The notes under the pieces: generated by a model
Database searches by the model: none
Seen by the model: the letters and a program-made list of their open reading frames with translations, nothing else
What the model was told of the DNA's origin: nothing
NCBI RefSeq assembly: GCF_004010195.1
Contig: NC_057753.1
Span: 7,560,130-7,624,129, forward strand
Origin: Chiloscyllium plagiosum
Taxonomy: Eukaryota
Reading direction: 5' to 3'
Length of the DNA: 64,000 nt
Shown here: positions 52,621 to 63,415 of the stretch, piece after piece
Numbering within the stretch: position 1 is the stretch's first letter
Layout of the letters: every line of letters begins with the position of its first letter
Made by a program: the position numbers and the translations under genes

Positions 52621-53223
52621 CAGCCACACTCCTCACTTAAACCTCTGTTTCTGCCTGGAGGCCAATTAGCGCGTTCGGTTAAGTGCAGGGTGTCTTTCTC
52701 ATTCCGACGTTAGTCTCAAAATGACTTACTTCACCTTCTCAGCTTATTTCAGTCGAAAAACAAATGGTAAATCGTCAGAAGGTGGTGACATTGGACTGAA
52801 ATTTCTGGCGCAGGCCCATCTGCAGATCGTTGTTTATCCCCCCAGACATGGTCCAGGGACCGGTCACATGGTTAAAAGCACTTCTCTTTAACAGTTCGTA
52901 GACAAGGAGTCAAACAGCTCCAACAGAAGCTTTCCATTTAGAAGTGTCTCCTACAATTTCCTTTCACTGGAATGTCCATCAGCAATGGGCTGGCAAATGT
53001 ACCACATCAAAGGTGGCTCATCCCAAGTCCCATTCGGTGCTTCATTCCTTCACTCTCAGTCACTTCCATACAATTTGACACGTCCCATTCTAGCTGCCGT
53101 CCTGTCACATTCATGAGCCCTGGAGAATATTATACCCAACGCTTAGAATATCGTTCAGACAGGATTCTGAGCTTTAATGCAATGGGTTTATTCGTTTTTT
53201 TTAATTTTATTTGGCATCTATTC

Positions 53224-53458
53224 CAGGCATGGTGGCTCAGCGGTTAGCGCTGCTGCCTCACAGTACCAGGGTCCCAGGTTCGATTCCAGCCTCGGGTGAC
53301 TGTCTGTGTGGGTTTCCTCCCAGAGTGCAAAGATATGCACATTAAGTGCAATCATCAGAGAGAAATGGGTCTGGGTGGGTTACTCTTCGGAGGGTCAGTG
53401 TGGACTTGTTGGGCCGAAGGGCCTGTTTCCATACTGTAAGGAATCTAATCTAATCTTA
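53224..53458 (+). mobile_element. HE1-type SINE (internal deletions)
   Basis: TGGCTCAGCGG, GGTTCGATTCC, tail with (aatct)n. Confidence 0.9.
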
Positions 53459-53466
53459 AAGAAAAG

Positions 53467-53755
53467 GGGTAGTGCACGGTGGCTCAGTGGTTAGCACTGC
53501 TGCCTCACAGTGTCAGGGACTCGGGTTCAATGCCAGCCTCAGGCGACTGTCTGTGTGGAGTTTGTACATTCTCCCAGTGTCTGAGTGGGTTTCCTCCCAC
53601 AGTCCAAAGATGTGCAGGTTAGGGTGGATTGGCCATGCTAAATTGTCCCAAAATGTTAGCTGAATTAGTCAGGGGTAAATATAGGGTAGGGGAATGGGTT
53701 GGTGTGGACTTTTTGGGCCGAAGGGATTGTTTCCATACTGTAGGGAATCTAAAAA
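53467..53755 (+). mobile_element. HE1-type SINE, in tandem with the previous copy
   Basis: TGGCTCAGTGG, GGTTCAATGCC, central domain and tail. Confidence 0.9.
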
Positions 53756-54299
53756 AAAATTCCTTACTCTTTTCCTGGTAGGTTGTACTTGGCATTGTTT
53801 TTATTTTAATCTTTGCCCAGTCTCAGATAGCTGACACGTTCACTTAATCTTCAGATGAATTTTGACTAATTTTAGTCGAAATTCAGGAATGGCCTAAACT
53901 ATTCCACAATTGTTTTTGTTAACTTCTGATTCTCTGCTTAAGCTTCGGGTAAATTTCCCACAAATGTTTAAGGTGTAAATTCACCTCAGTTTATGTTTCA
54001 GAAGCATTTATGCCCACATTTGATAGTTTTCATGTTGCTTTAACATCAGGGACAGTAGTGCTTGCTGTCAATTTTGACGTAACTGCCACAGCCCCTGTTC
54101 TGAAGCATTTTGTTTTGAATCACAACAAAGGATCTGAATGGTTAAGGCCCAATCTTTGTAAGTCAATGTTTTTCATTCAAGTCTTGTTCTGTCATCCCAG
54201 TCGTTAGGTTAATGAATTCATTTTTAAAATATCCACAATTCCTGTGGCAAAATTAGTCTGGAAACCATCATCACCTCTTTAAAACTGCACACTGGATCG

Positions 54300-54530
54300 A
54301 GGCAAACGTGAGGACTGCAGATGCTGGAGATTAGAGTCAAGATTAGAGTGGCGCTAGAAATGCACAGCAGCTCAGGCAGCATCCGAGGAGCAGGAAAATC
54401 GATGTTTCAGGCAGGAGCCCTTCATCAGGAATCAATGCATTCCTGATGAAGGGCTCTTTCCTGAAACATTGATTTTCCTGCTCCTTGGATGCTGCCTGAG
54501 CTGCTGTGCATTTCCAGCGCCACTCCAATC
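54300..54530. mobile_element. Palindromic PLE-tail element with two opposed hammerhead cores
   Basis: 54341-54432 is an imperfect inverted repeat of 54439-54530. Confidence 0.88.
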
Positions 54531-54534
54531 ACAG

Positions 54535-55045
54535 ACAGGATCTACTTGGCCATGAACAAGTCCTCAGGAGTGAGAGCTGAAATAACAATGCTGCAAGTTG
54601 GGTTTTGCTGGGCAGGCCGCGATGCCTACCATTTTCAGGTTGAGGAGAGCTCCTCTCCTACTTCTCCCTCCCCCCGTTATTTCCTTTCTGCTGACGGCCA
54701 TCCCTCGGCAAATCTTCCCCATCAGAGGAGCTGCTGGTGTGTCCGTCATGCAGCTGCCACTTCCCCTGATGCTGTGGAGGATGGGGTCCCGAAGTGGTTA
54801 TCTTCCCTTGAGCCCGTCATTCCCTCCTTCTCTCATTGACTGGTTTCCCGGGTGGAGGTGGATGGTTTGCTGGGACATTGCATTGCGATTGCTTCCTTCC
54901 TTTCCTCTCCTCACTTCAGGGTTCTTGCCTGGGGGTGGCACCTTCAGTATAGCGAGGGTCATCAGCTCATGTTGGAGCAGAGGAGCCCCCCCCCCCCCGT
55001 CCTCTGTTCTTGGGCAGGTCTTGTACACATCGTTGCCTCTTCAAA
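54535..55045 (-). mobile_element. Possible Tx1-like LINE ORF1 C-terminal fragment
   Basis: Minus strand VYKTCPR resembles the end of a CCHC knuckle, followed by low-complexity coding-like sequence; weak. Confidence 0.3.
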
Positions 55046-55051
55046 CTCTTT

Positions 55052-58000
55052 GGTCTGTTGTTGTTTTTAGGTAGTGAGTAGTCCCAGTCTTATCCGAAAG
55101 ATGATATACAAATGCACACAGTTGTTAGTCAATCTGGGTAGTGACAGTCACAGACTGAACCAAAGGTGTTATATAAATGCACATTGTTATTGTTGTCTCT
55201 GAGCAGTGAGCAGTTCCAGTCTGAACCGAAAGTCGCTATCTAAATGCACACTTGTTGTCGGTGGGTAGTGAGCAGTTCCACTCTGAGCCAAACGCTGCTA
55301 TATAAATGCACTGTTTTGTTGTTGTTGTCTCTGGGCAGCGAGCAGTCCCAGCTTGAATCAAAGGGTGCTATATAAATGCACTCTGTTGTTATCTCTGGGT
55401 AGGAAGAACTCCCAGTCTCAATCAAGAGGTGCTATATAAATGCACACTTGTTCTTGTTGTCTGTTGGCAGTGGGCAATCCCAGTCTGAATCAAAAGGCTA
55501 TATCAATGCAGACTGTTGTTGTCTCTGGGCAGTAAAGCAGTCACAGTCTGAACCAAACGGTGATATATAAATGCACAATGTTGTTGCTGTCTCTGTGTAG
55601 TGAGCAGTCCCAGACTGAAGCAGAAGGTGCTATATCAATGCAGACTGTTATTGTCTCTGGGTAGTAAGCAGTTGCAGTCTGAACCAGAAGGTGCTATATA
55701 ACTGCACAATGTTGTTGTTTGCATCTGGGCAGTATGCAGTCCATGTCTGAACCAAAAGGTGCTGTATCAATGCAGACTGATGTTGTTGTTGTAGCAACAA
55801 AAGTTACTACATAAATGCACGCTGTTATTGTTGCCTCTGGGCAGTAAGCAGTCCCCGACTGAAGCAGAAGGAGCTATATCAATGCAGACTGTTGTTGTTG
55901 TTGTCTCTGTGTAGTGAGTAGTACCAGTCTGAAACAGAAGGTGCTATACCAGTGCAGGCTGTTGTTGTCGTCGTCTCTGGGTAGTGAACAGTCACTGTCT
56001 GAACCAAAAGGTGCTATATAAATGCACACTTGTTGTTTGCCTCTGGGCAGTGTGAAGTCCATGTCTGAACCAAAAGGTGCTATATCAATGCAGACTGATG
56101 TCGTTGTTGTCTCTGTGTAGTGAGCAGTCCCAGTCTGAACCAAGAGGTGCTACATAAATGCACGCTGTAGTTGTTGTCTCCGGGCAGTATCAGTTCCAGA
56201 CTGAAGCTGAAGGAGTTATATCAATGCAGACTTGTTGTTGTTGTCTCTGTGTAGTGAGTAGTACCAGTCTGAAACAGAAGGTGCTATATCAATGCACACT
56301 GTTGTTGTTGTCTATGCACTGTGAGCAGTCTCAGTCTGAAGCAAAGGGTGCTATATAAATGCACACTTGCTGTTTGCCTCTGGGCAGTGTGCAGTCCATG
56401 TCAGAACCAAAAGGTGCTATAATCAATGCAGACTGATGTTGTTGTTGTCTCCGGGTATTGAGCAATCCCGGTCTGAACCAAGAGTCGCTATATAAATGCA
56501 CGCTGTTGTTGTTGCCTCTGGGCAGTAAGCAGTCCCAGACTGAAGCATAAGGAGCTATATCAATGCAGACTGTTGTTGTCGTAGTCTCTAGGTAGTGAAC
56601 AGTCACTGCCTGAACTAAAAGGTGCTATATAAATGCACGCCATTGTTGTATCAGAGCAGTAAGCAGTTGCCGTCTGAACCAAACGGTGATATATAAATGC
56701 ATAATGTTGTTGTTGTCTCTAGGCAGTAAGCAGTCCCAGACTGAAGCAGAAGGTGCTATATCAATGCACACTATCGGTATTGTCTCTGGGCAATAAGCAG
56801 TCGCAGTCTGAACCAAACGGTGATATATAAATGCACAATGTTGTTGTTGTTTTTGGGCAGTGAGCAGTCCCAGACTGAAGCAGAAGGTGCTATGTCAATG
56901 CAGACTTGTTGTTGTTGTCTCTGGGCAGTAAGCAGTCACAGTCTGAACAAAACTGTGCAATACCAATACACAGTGTTGTTGTTGTATGTGGGTAGTGAGC
57001 AGTCCCAGTCTGAATCAAAAGGTGCTATACAAATGCACACTGTTGTTGTCTCTGGGCAGTAAGCAGTCCCAAACTGAAGCAGAAGGTGCTATATCAATGC
57101 AGACTTGTTGTTGTTGTCTCTGGACAGTAAGCAGTCTCAGTCTGAATCAAACAGTGATATATAAATGCACAATGTTGTTGTTGTCTGTGGGCAGTGAGCA
57201 GTCCCAGATTGAAGCAGAAGGTGTTATATCAATGCCAACTACTGTTGTTGTTGTCTCAGGGCAGTGTACAGTCCCTGTCTGAACTGAAAGGTGCTATATA
57301 AATGCACAATGTTGTTGTGTCTGGGCAGTGAGCAGTCCCAGTCTGAACAAAACGGTGCTATATAAATACACACTGTTGTTGTTGTGTGTGGGCAGTAAAC
57401 AACCCAGACTGAACCAGAAGTTGCTATATAAATAGACAGTGTTGTTGTCTTTAGGCAGTGGAGCCAACCCAGTCTGAAACAAACGGTGATATAGGAATGC
57501 ACAATGTTGTTGTTGTTGTCTGTGGGCAGTGAGCAGTCCCAGACTGAAGCAAACGGTTCTATATCAATGCAGACTGTTGTTGTTGTCGTCTCTGGGCAGT
57601 GGGCAGTCCATGTCTGAACACAAAGGTGCTATATAAATGCAATGTGTTCTTGTTGTCTCTGGGTAGTGAGCAGTCCCAGTCTGAATCAAAAGGTGCTACA
57701 TAAATGCACACAATGTTGTTGTCTGTGGACAGTGTGCAGTCCCGGTCTGAACCAGAAATTGCTATATCAATGCAGACTGTTTTTGTTGTTCTTGTCTCTG
57801 AGCAGTGAGCAGTCCCAGTCTGAACTAACAGGCGATATATAAATGCACAATCTTGTTGTTGTTGTCTCTGGGTAATGAGCCGTCAATGTCTGAATCAAAA
57901 AGTGCTATATCAATGCACAGTTTTGTTGTTGTTGTCTCTGTGGGCAGTGAGCAGTCCCAGTCTGAACAAAAAGGTGCTATATAAATACACACCGAGTTAT

Positions 58001-58280
58001 TGTTATTGTCTCTGGGCAGTGAGCAGTCCTGTTGTGAACCAAAAGGTGCTATATAAATGCACACTGTTGTTATCATCTCTGGGCAGTGAACAGTCCCAGT
58101 CTGAACCAAAAGGTCTTATATAAATGCACACTTGTTGTTGCATCTTGACAGTCAGCAGTCCCTGTCTGTGCATTTATATAAGACCTTTTGGTTCAGACTG
58201 GGACTGCTCATTGCCCAGAGACAACAGCAACAACAGTGTGCATTGACATAGTACCGTTTGGTTCAATATTGTTGTTGTTG
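55052..58280. repeat. Tandem array of ~60-66 bp units, roughly 50 copies
   Basis: Consensus (gtt)n gtctctgggcagtgagcagtcccagtctgaaccaaaaggtgctatataaatgcacact; unit length varies with (gtt)n. Confidence 0.97.
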
Positions 58281-59035
58281 TTGTCTCTGGGCAGTGAGCC
58301 AGCGTGTACACACACCAGGGAGTTCATAAGTGAACCCAGTGCCCCATGGACTGCAGCAGTAGTTCCCCACCATCTTCTCAAGGGCAATGGGTGATAGACA
58401 ATAAATGCTGGCTCTTCCTCCATGAAATTATTCTAAATCAGGAGCTGAACGAGTTAGATTCTCTTGTTTTTGCTGCTCTCGTTTAAGGATATTTTTAACA
58501 TGAAGCCATTGCATTCACAAAAGCAAAGGTTACAGAGTCAATTAAACCAATGCTTTGTCGAGAGAAGCTCTTCAGTCTGAGCTGATCATTTTGTCATGTG
58601 TTGTGGAGTCTGAGTCACGACACCCGACAGTGTCAGGGTTAAGACTGGCATGAAAGAGGACTGTGTGTAATCCTGCACTCGGTTCAGTACATTCCTGTCC
58701 ATTTCCCTCTCCCTGGTGTCCCCTGCAGGTATGAAAGGAGTTTATCTGTACACCAGGTCAGAGGGCAAGATTCGCCAATTGCTCCAAACTGAAAACAAGG
58801 CCAAAGCTATAACTCGATTTCACTCAGAGGATTGTTCTGGACTGAAGATTCTGCATTCGTAATGCACACAGAAACTCAGCTACAAAGGAATTGTCTATCT
58901 CTCTCCTTGTCTGTCAGGGAAACTGTGTTGGACTGCGATTTACAGCTTTTCAATATGTTTCCTGAAAACTAAAATGGTCTGTTCTGAATTCCTAACCTCG
59001 GCTGACAGTGTTGACTTGACTAAACTCCTTCACAG

Positions 59036-59830
59036 GATATTAGAAGGGGAGGGTTCATGATTTGGAAACTCAATCTCACGTTAACATTAACAGAGCCTCA
59101 ATCGATCAGGACTGGAATCCCATTGATCTTTGAAAGTGGAAGGAGAAATGTTTGCTCTGTCTGCGGGAGAATGGTTCAAATATCAGTGAAAATTGCTGAG
59201 AGACACACACACAATCTGAGTTAGTGGGTTGCAGTGCAGCGGTGACTGTGGAAGGAGCTTTAATCAGTCTCACAGTGTGAAAAACCCCTCCATCACACTG
59301 CTCCCAGCAGGGAGCCCCAGTACATGTGAGGGCATGTGAGTTCAGGGCTTCAACTGATTGTCCAACCTGGAGAAATGCAGAAACACTGGCACCAGGCAGA
59401 AACCTTGGAAATATGAACGCTGTAGGAAAGGATTCACTGGAAAGCCTTTGACGCAGTCCCACTGGAGAGAAACCGTGCATCTGTTCCCTATGTGGGAAGG
59501 GATTTACTCAGATATCTCCGTGATCTCTCACCAGAGAGTTCACACTGAGGAGTGACCCTGCAAAACTGCATTTCCCGTGAAAAAAAATTCAACAATTTAT
59601 CCCCCCTCACCGTACCCCAGTGAGCTCACACGGGGGAGAGAGGGTTCACTGGACCGGGTGGGGGAAATGATTCATTCAATCATTCGAGCTGGTCACACAG
59701 TGACCACACAGTGGGGAGACCATTCACCTTCCCTGTTTGTGCGGAAGGGTTCACTCCGTTGTTCCATTTCCTGTCACACCACCAGGTTCACACCGAGGAA
59801 AAACAATTCATCTGCTCTGCCTCTTGGAAG
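59036..59830 (+). pseudogene. C2H2 zinc-finger gene relic
   Basis: Acceptor aaactccttcacAG at 59035. Fingers QKPWKYERCRKGF, HTGEKPCICSLCGKGFTQ, HQRVHTEE*P, RPFTFPVC, HHQVHTEE; frameshifts and stops. Confidence 0.85.
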
Positions 59831-59844
59831 AGTTTTTAGGGAGT

Positions 59845-59945
59845 TATGCAAATCTGCTGGAGAAACTCAGCAAGTCTGGCAGCATCTGTGGAGGGAGAAA
59901 CAGGGTCAACATTTTATGTCCAGTGCCCCCTTCTTCAGAAGCTCT
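59845..59945 (-). mobile_element. PLE-tail fragment
   Basis: Antisense CTGAAGAAGG core and cagatgctgccaga tail. Confidence 0.65.
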
Positions 59946-60677
59946 CTGTAGAGTAACATCCTGAAACTGGGTAACGTGTGTGTCTGTGTGTGTGTGGGAG
60001 AGGGAATTTACTCCATTGTAATAATACCTGCTGAGATATCAGCCAGTCCAGAAGTGAAGGTTGGGTTCTGCTTCTGCTGCTAGTGCCCGTGTTAATCATC
60101 CCGTAAACCTATTTAGTTTGTTCCAGCATCCATGAACAACCCTGTAACTGTCCAGAGGTTAATATTCTGGAAAGTCTTGCTGATTTGGTGGAGCTCAATC
60201 TGAAATCTTTTCCCCTCGATGCAAAAAGATCATGTAAACATATTCACGGTAAAATTGTGAACTTTTACTTGGATTGCCAATGGACCAATGGTAGCAGATA
60301 TACAATTCAGTCTCTGAAAGGCGGCACCGATGAACATCTCCAACGAGAAAGCGCTGATTAATCTTCACTGACAATTCTGGCTGATGGGCACATTCTTGAT
60401 TGTGGCAGGTCCACTCTGAAATGAAATCATGAAGGAGCATGAAACCGAATCAGGAAGTATTTTGCAGACACATCAACAAAACCTCATTGTTGTGGAGTGG
60501 GGGGTGGGGGAGGCTCACTACCAGTTCTTCAGTCTTACACTCGAATAGCTCTCCCCTGATTGCCCCAGACACTTGATCCCTGTTTCTCACCACCTCCCAC
60601 CCCCCACCTCTGCACTGTGGGCTCAGCAGCCCATCTCTGGTTTCTGTAGGTCCCCACCGATCCTCTGTAATCCCTGT

Positions 60678-60862
60678 GTGGTCTTACCAGACCATAGGGG
60701 CTGCTCTCTCATTAGAGAGAGAGATGCGAGAGGCGGTGTGTTAACCTGAAGTCCGGTGGCCCTCAGGCCAGGGAAGAGAAGTTGAGAAGGAGAGTCCTTC
60801 GTTGGAACCTCAAACCCACACTGCTGGCGTCACACCACTCTGTAAGCCAACTGAGCTAAACT
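60678..60862 (-). mobile_element. tRNA-derived SINE of a second family (degenerate)
   Basis: Minus-strand A-box TAGCTCAGTTGG and a following GTGGGTTTGA; body unlike HE1. Confidence 0.55.
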
Positions 60863-61059
60863 GATTCCTATGCACATATAACAAAGCGGGGAGCTCCCAA
60901 TGGGTTTCCTGTACACAGTGGACTTGTCATTACAACTGAAAGTGAGTGTTTGTACTGGCTGAACGGAATCCTGTGCTCAACCCACAGACCCACCAGGTCC
61001 CTGAGCTTCCCATGTGACCGCGCAGATACAACAGCTGCACACACACTGATGTAAAAGCA

Positions 61060-61765
61060 GTGATGTGCTACTAAGATGGTATAAAACTCTGGTTAGGCCC
61101 CATTTAGAATACTGTATCTAAATGTGGGCCCCACACCTCAGGAAGGACAGACTGGTACTGGAGTGTATCCAGCGGAGATTCACATGGATGATCCCTGGAA
61201 TGGTAGTCTAGATGAGAGTGGTGCTGGAAAAGCACAACAGGTCAGGCAGCATCTGAGGAGCAGGAAAATTGATATTTCTGGCAAAAGCCCTTCCATCAGG
61301 AATGGGCCTAACATACGATGAATGGCTGAGGAGCCTGGGATTGTATTCATAAGAGTTTAGAAGGTTGAGGGGAGATCTAATAGAAAATTACAAGATAATG
61401 CATGGCTTAGAGAGGGTGGACGCTGGGAATTTGTTTCCATCAGGCAGGGATACTAGGACCCATGGGCACAGCCTTAAAACTAGAGGGGGTCAGTTTAGAA
61501 CGGAAATGAGGAGACATTTCTTCAGCCAGAGAGTGGTGGGCCCTGTGGAATTCATTGCCACAGAGCACAGTGGAGGCCGGGATGTTAAATGTCTTCAAGG
61601 CAGAGATTGATAAATTCTCAATCTCGCAAGGAATTAAGGGATATGGGGAGAGTGAGGGTAAGTGGTGTTAAAATACCCATCAGCCATGATTAAATGGCGG
61701 AGTGGACTCGATGTGTTGAATGGCCTTGCTTCCACTCCTGTTTCTTATGGCCTTATGGTCTTATA
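61060..61765 (+). mobile_element. CR1 3' fragment containing a PLE-tail insertion (~61210-61303, minus strand)
   Basis: YKTLVRPHLEYC, RGDLIENYK, FFSQRVV, tail (cttatgg)n; the insert is antisense PLE terminal repeat. Confidence 0.9.
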
Positions 61766-61844
61766 ACTGTAGAGGGGCAGAGCAACATACAGACTGCAGT
61801 CCATCTGCCCAGTTGCAAATTTCCTTGAGGTAGGCTGTCTCAAA

Positions 61845-62325
61845 ACAAATCAAGCGTAGTTTCTGTGAACATCACGGTTGAGTGACCCATCTTCAGAATT
61901 GATGGGAGCGAGGAAAGGGTTGCTGTTTGTGCAGAAGATAGAGTAATGGCGGGGGGGGGGGGGGGGGTGCAGGGAGAAATAAGCAAGCAATAGGTGGGAA
62001 TAGATCCCAAAGAGAGAGAGAAAAACAGTTGGATCCACAGTGGTGTTGGGGGAGACCAGCTTGGTAAAATAAGGGTTACTCCTGAAACATTGACCTCTCC
62101 ACCTCCTCATGCTACCTGGCATACTATGGTCTTCCAGCCTCCTGTTTGTCTACCTTGGATTCCAGCACCTGCAGTTTTTTTCTTATCTCTAACTTTGATA
62201 AAATATTGTGGACTATTAGGTGTCACTCATACCAAAATGTGAACTCTGATTTTTCACCACAGATGCTGCCAGATTTGCTAAGATTTTCCAGCAATTTGTA
62301 TTTTTGTCTCCAAGTTGCAGCGCTT
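61845..62325. mobile_element. Cluster of degenerate PLE terminal fragments in both orientations
   Basis: Antisense CTGAAGA at 61889-61895, GAAACATTGAC at ~62084, cagatgctgccaga at ~62260. Confidence 0.55.
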
Positions 62326-62606
62326 TTTCATTAGTCACTAAAAATGGGTTGCGTGTGGTAGCAGCCGAAATGAGGAGAAGGTCTAGTGGGGTTTGGGGTA
62401 TGAAGATATGGGAAAAGCTGTTCAATCCCTCAGATTGTTGACTTTCCTATTCATACACCCATACAGATACCTTTTTAAATGTTGTAATTTAATACTCACT
62501 CACTGCTATTGGTTGGACTGATTTGCAGGTGCTGATGTTGGACTGGGGTGCACAAAGTTAAAAATCACACAACACCAAGGTATAGTGCATCAGATTTATT
62601 TGGAAG

Positions 62607-62641
62607 CACTAGCTTTCGGAGCGCTGCTCCTTCATCAGGTA
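62607..62641 (-). ncRNA. Minimal type-I hammerhead ribozyme motif (further family)
   Basis: tac CTGATGA A GGAGC AGC GCTCC GAAA GC TA gtg: 5-bp stem II, palindromic AGCT. Confidence 0.8.
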
Positions 62642-63214
62642 GTCGTGGAGTATTAGCTCAGAGGACACAATTTTTAGCAAAGGTTTACAGTATAGAACAT
62701 AGAAGAATACAGCGCAGTACAGGCCCTTCGGCCCTCGATGTTGCGCCGATCCAAGCCCACCTAACCTACACTAGCCCACTATCCTCCATATGCCTATCCA
62801 ATGCCCGCTTAAATGCCCATAATGAGGGAGAGTCCACCACTGCTACTGGCAGGGCATTCCATGAACTCACGACTCGCTGAGTAAAGAACCTACCCCTAAC
62901 ATCTGTCCCCCCCTTAATTTAAAGCTATGCCCCCTTGTAATAGCTGACTCCATACGTGGAAAAAGATTCTCACTGTCGACCCTATCTAAACCCCTAATCA
63001 TCTTGTACACCTCTATCAAGTCACCCCTAAACCTTCTTTTCTCCAAGGAAAACAACCCCAAGTGCCTCAGCCTTTCCTCATACGATGTTCCTACCATACC
63101 AGGCAACATCCTGGTAAACCTCCTCTGCACCCGTTCCAGTGCCTCCACATCCTTCCTATAGTATGGTGACCAAAACTGCACACAATACTCCAGATGTGGC
63201 CGCACCAGAGTCTT

Positions 63215-63415
63215 GGATCAGTGGTGCTGGAAGAGCACAGCAATTCAGGCAGCATCCGAGGACAGGCAAAATCGACGTTTCGGGCAAAAGCCCTTCATCA
63301 GGAATCCTGAAACGTCGATTTTGCCTGTCCTCGGATGCTGCCTGAATTGCTGTGCTCTTCCAGCACCACTGATCCAGAATCTGGTTTCCAGCATCTGCAG
63401 TCATTGTTTTTACCT
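63215..63415. mobile_element. 201-bp fold-back PLE-tail insertion with perfect 14-bp TSD
   Basis: CGCACCAGAGTCTT at 63201-63214 and 63416-63429. Inverted arms 63215-63281 and 63309-63375. Confidence 0.95.
63269..63305 (-). ncRNA. Minimal type-I hammerhead ribozyme motif, intact core
   Basis: attc CTGATGA A GGGC TTTT GCCC GAAA CG TC gatt. Confidence 0.8.

Noticed and set aside
55052..58280. CRISPR-like array
   Set aside because: The units are contiguous with no unique spacers, there are no cas genes, and the context is eukaryotic.
55240..58423. Many short ORFs across the satellite
   Set aside because: By-products of the repeat; variable (GTT)n shifts the frame and no frame is maintained.
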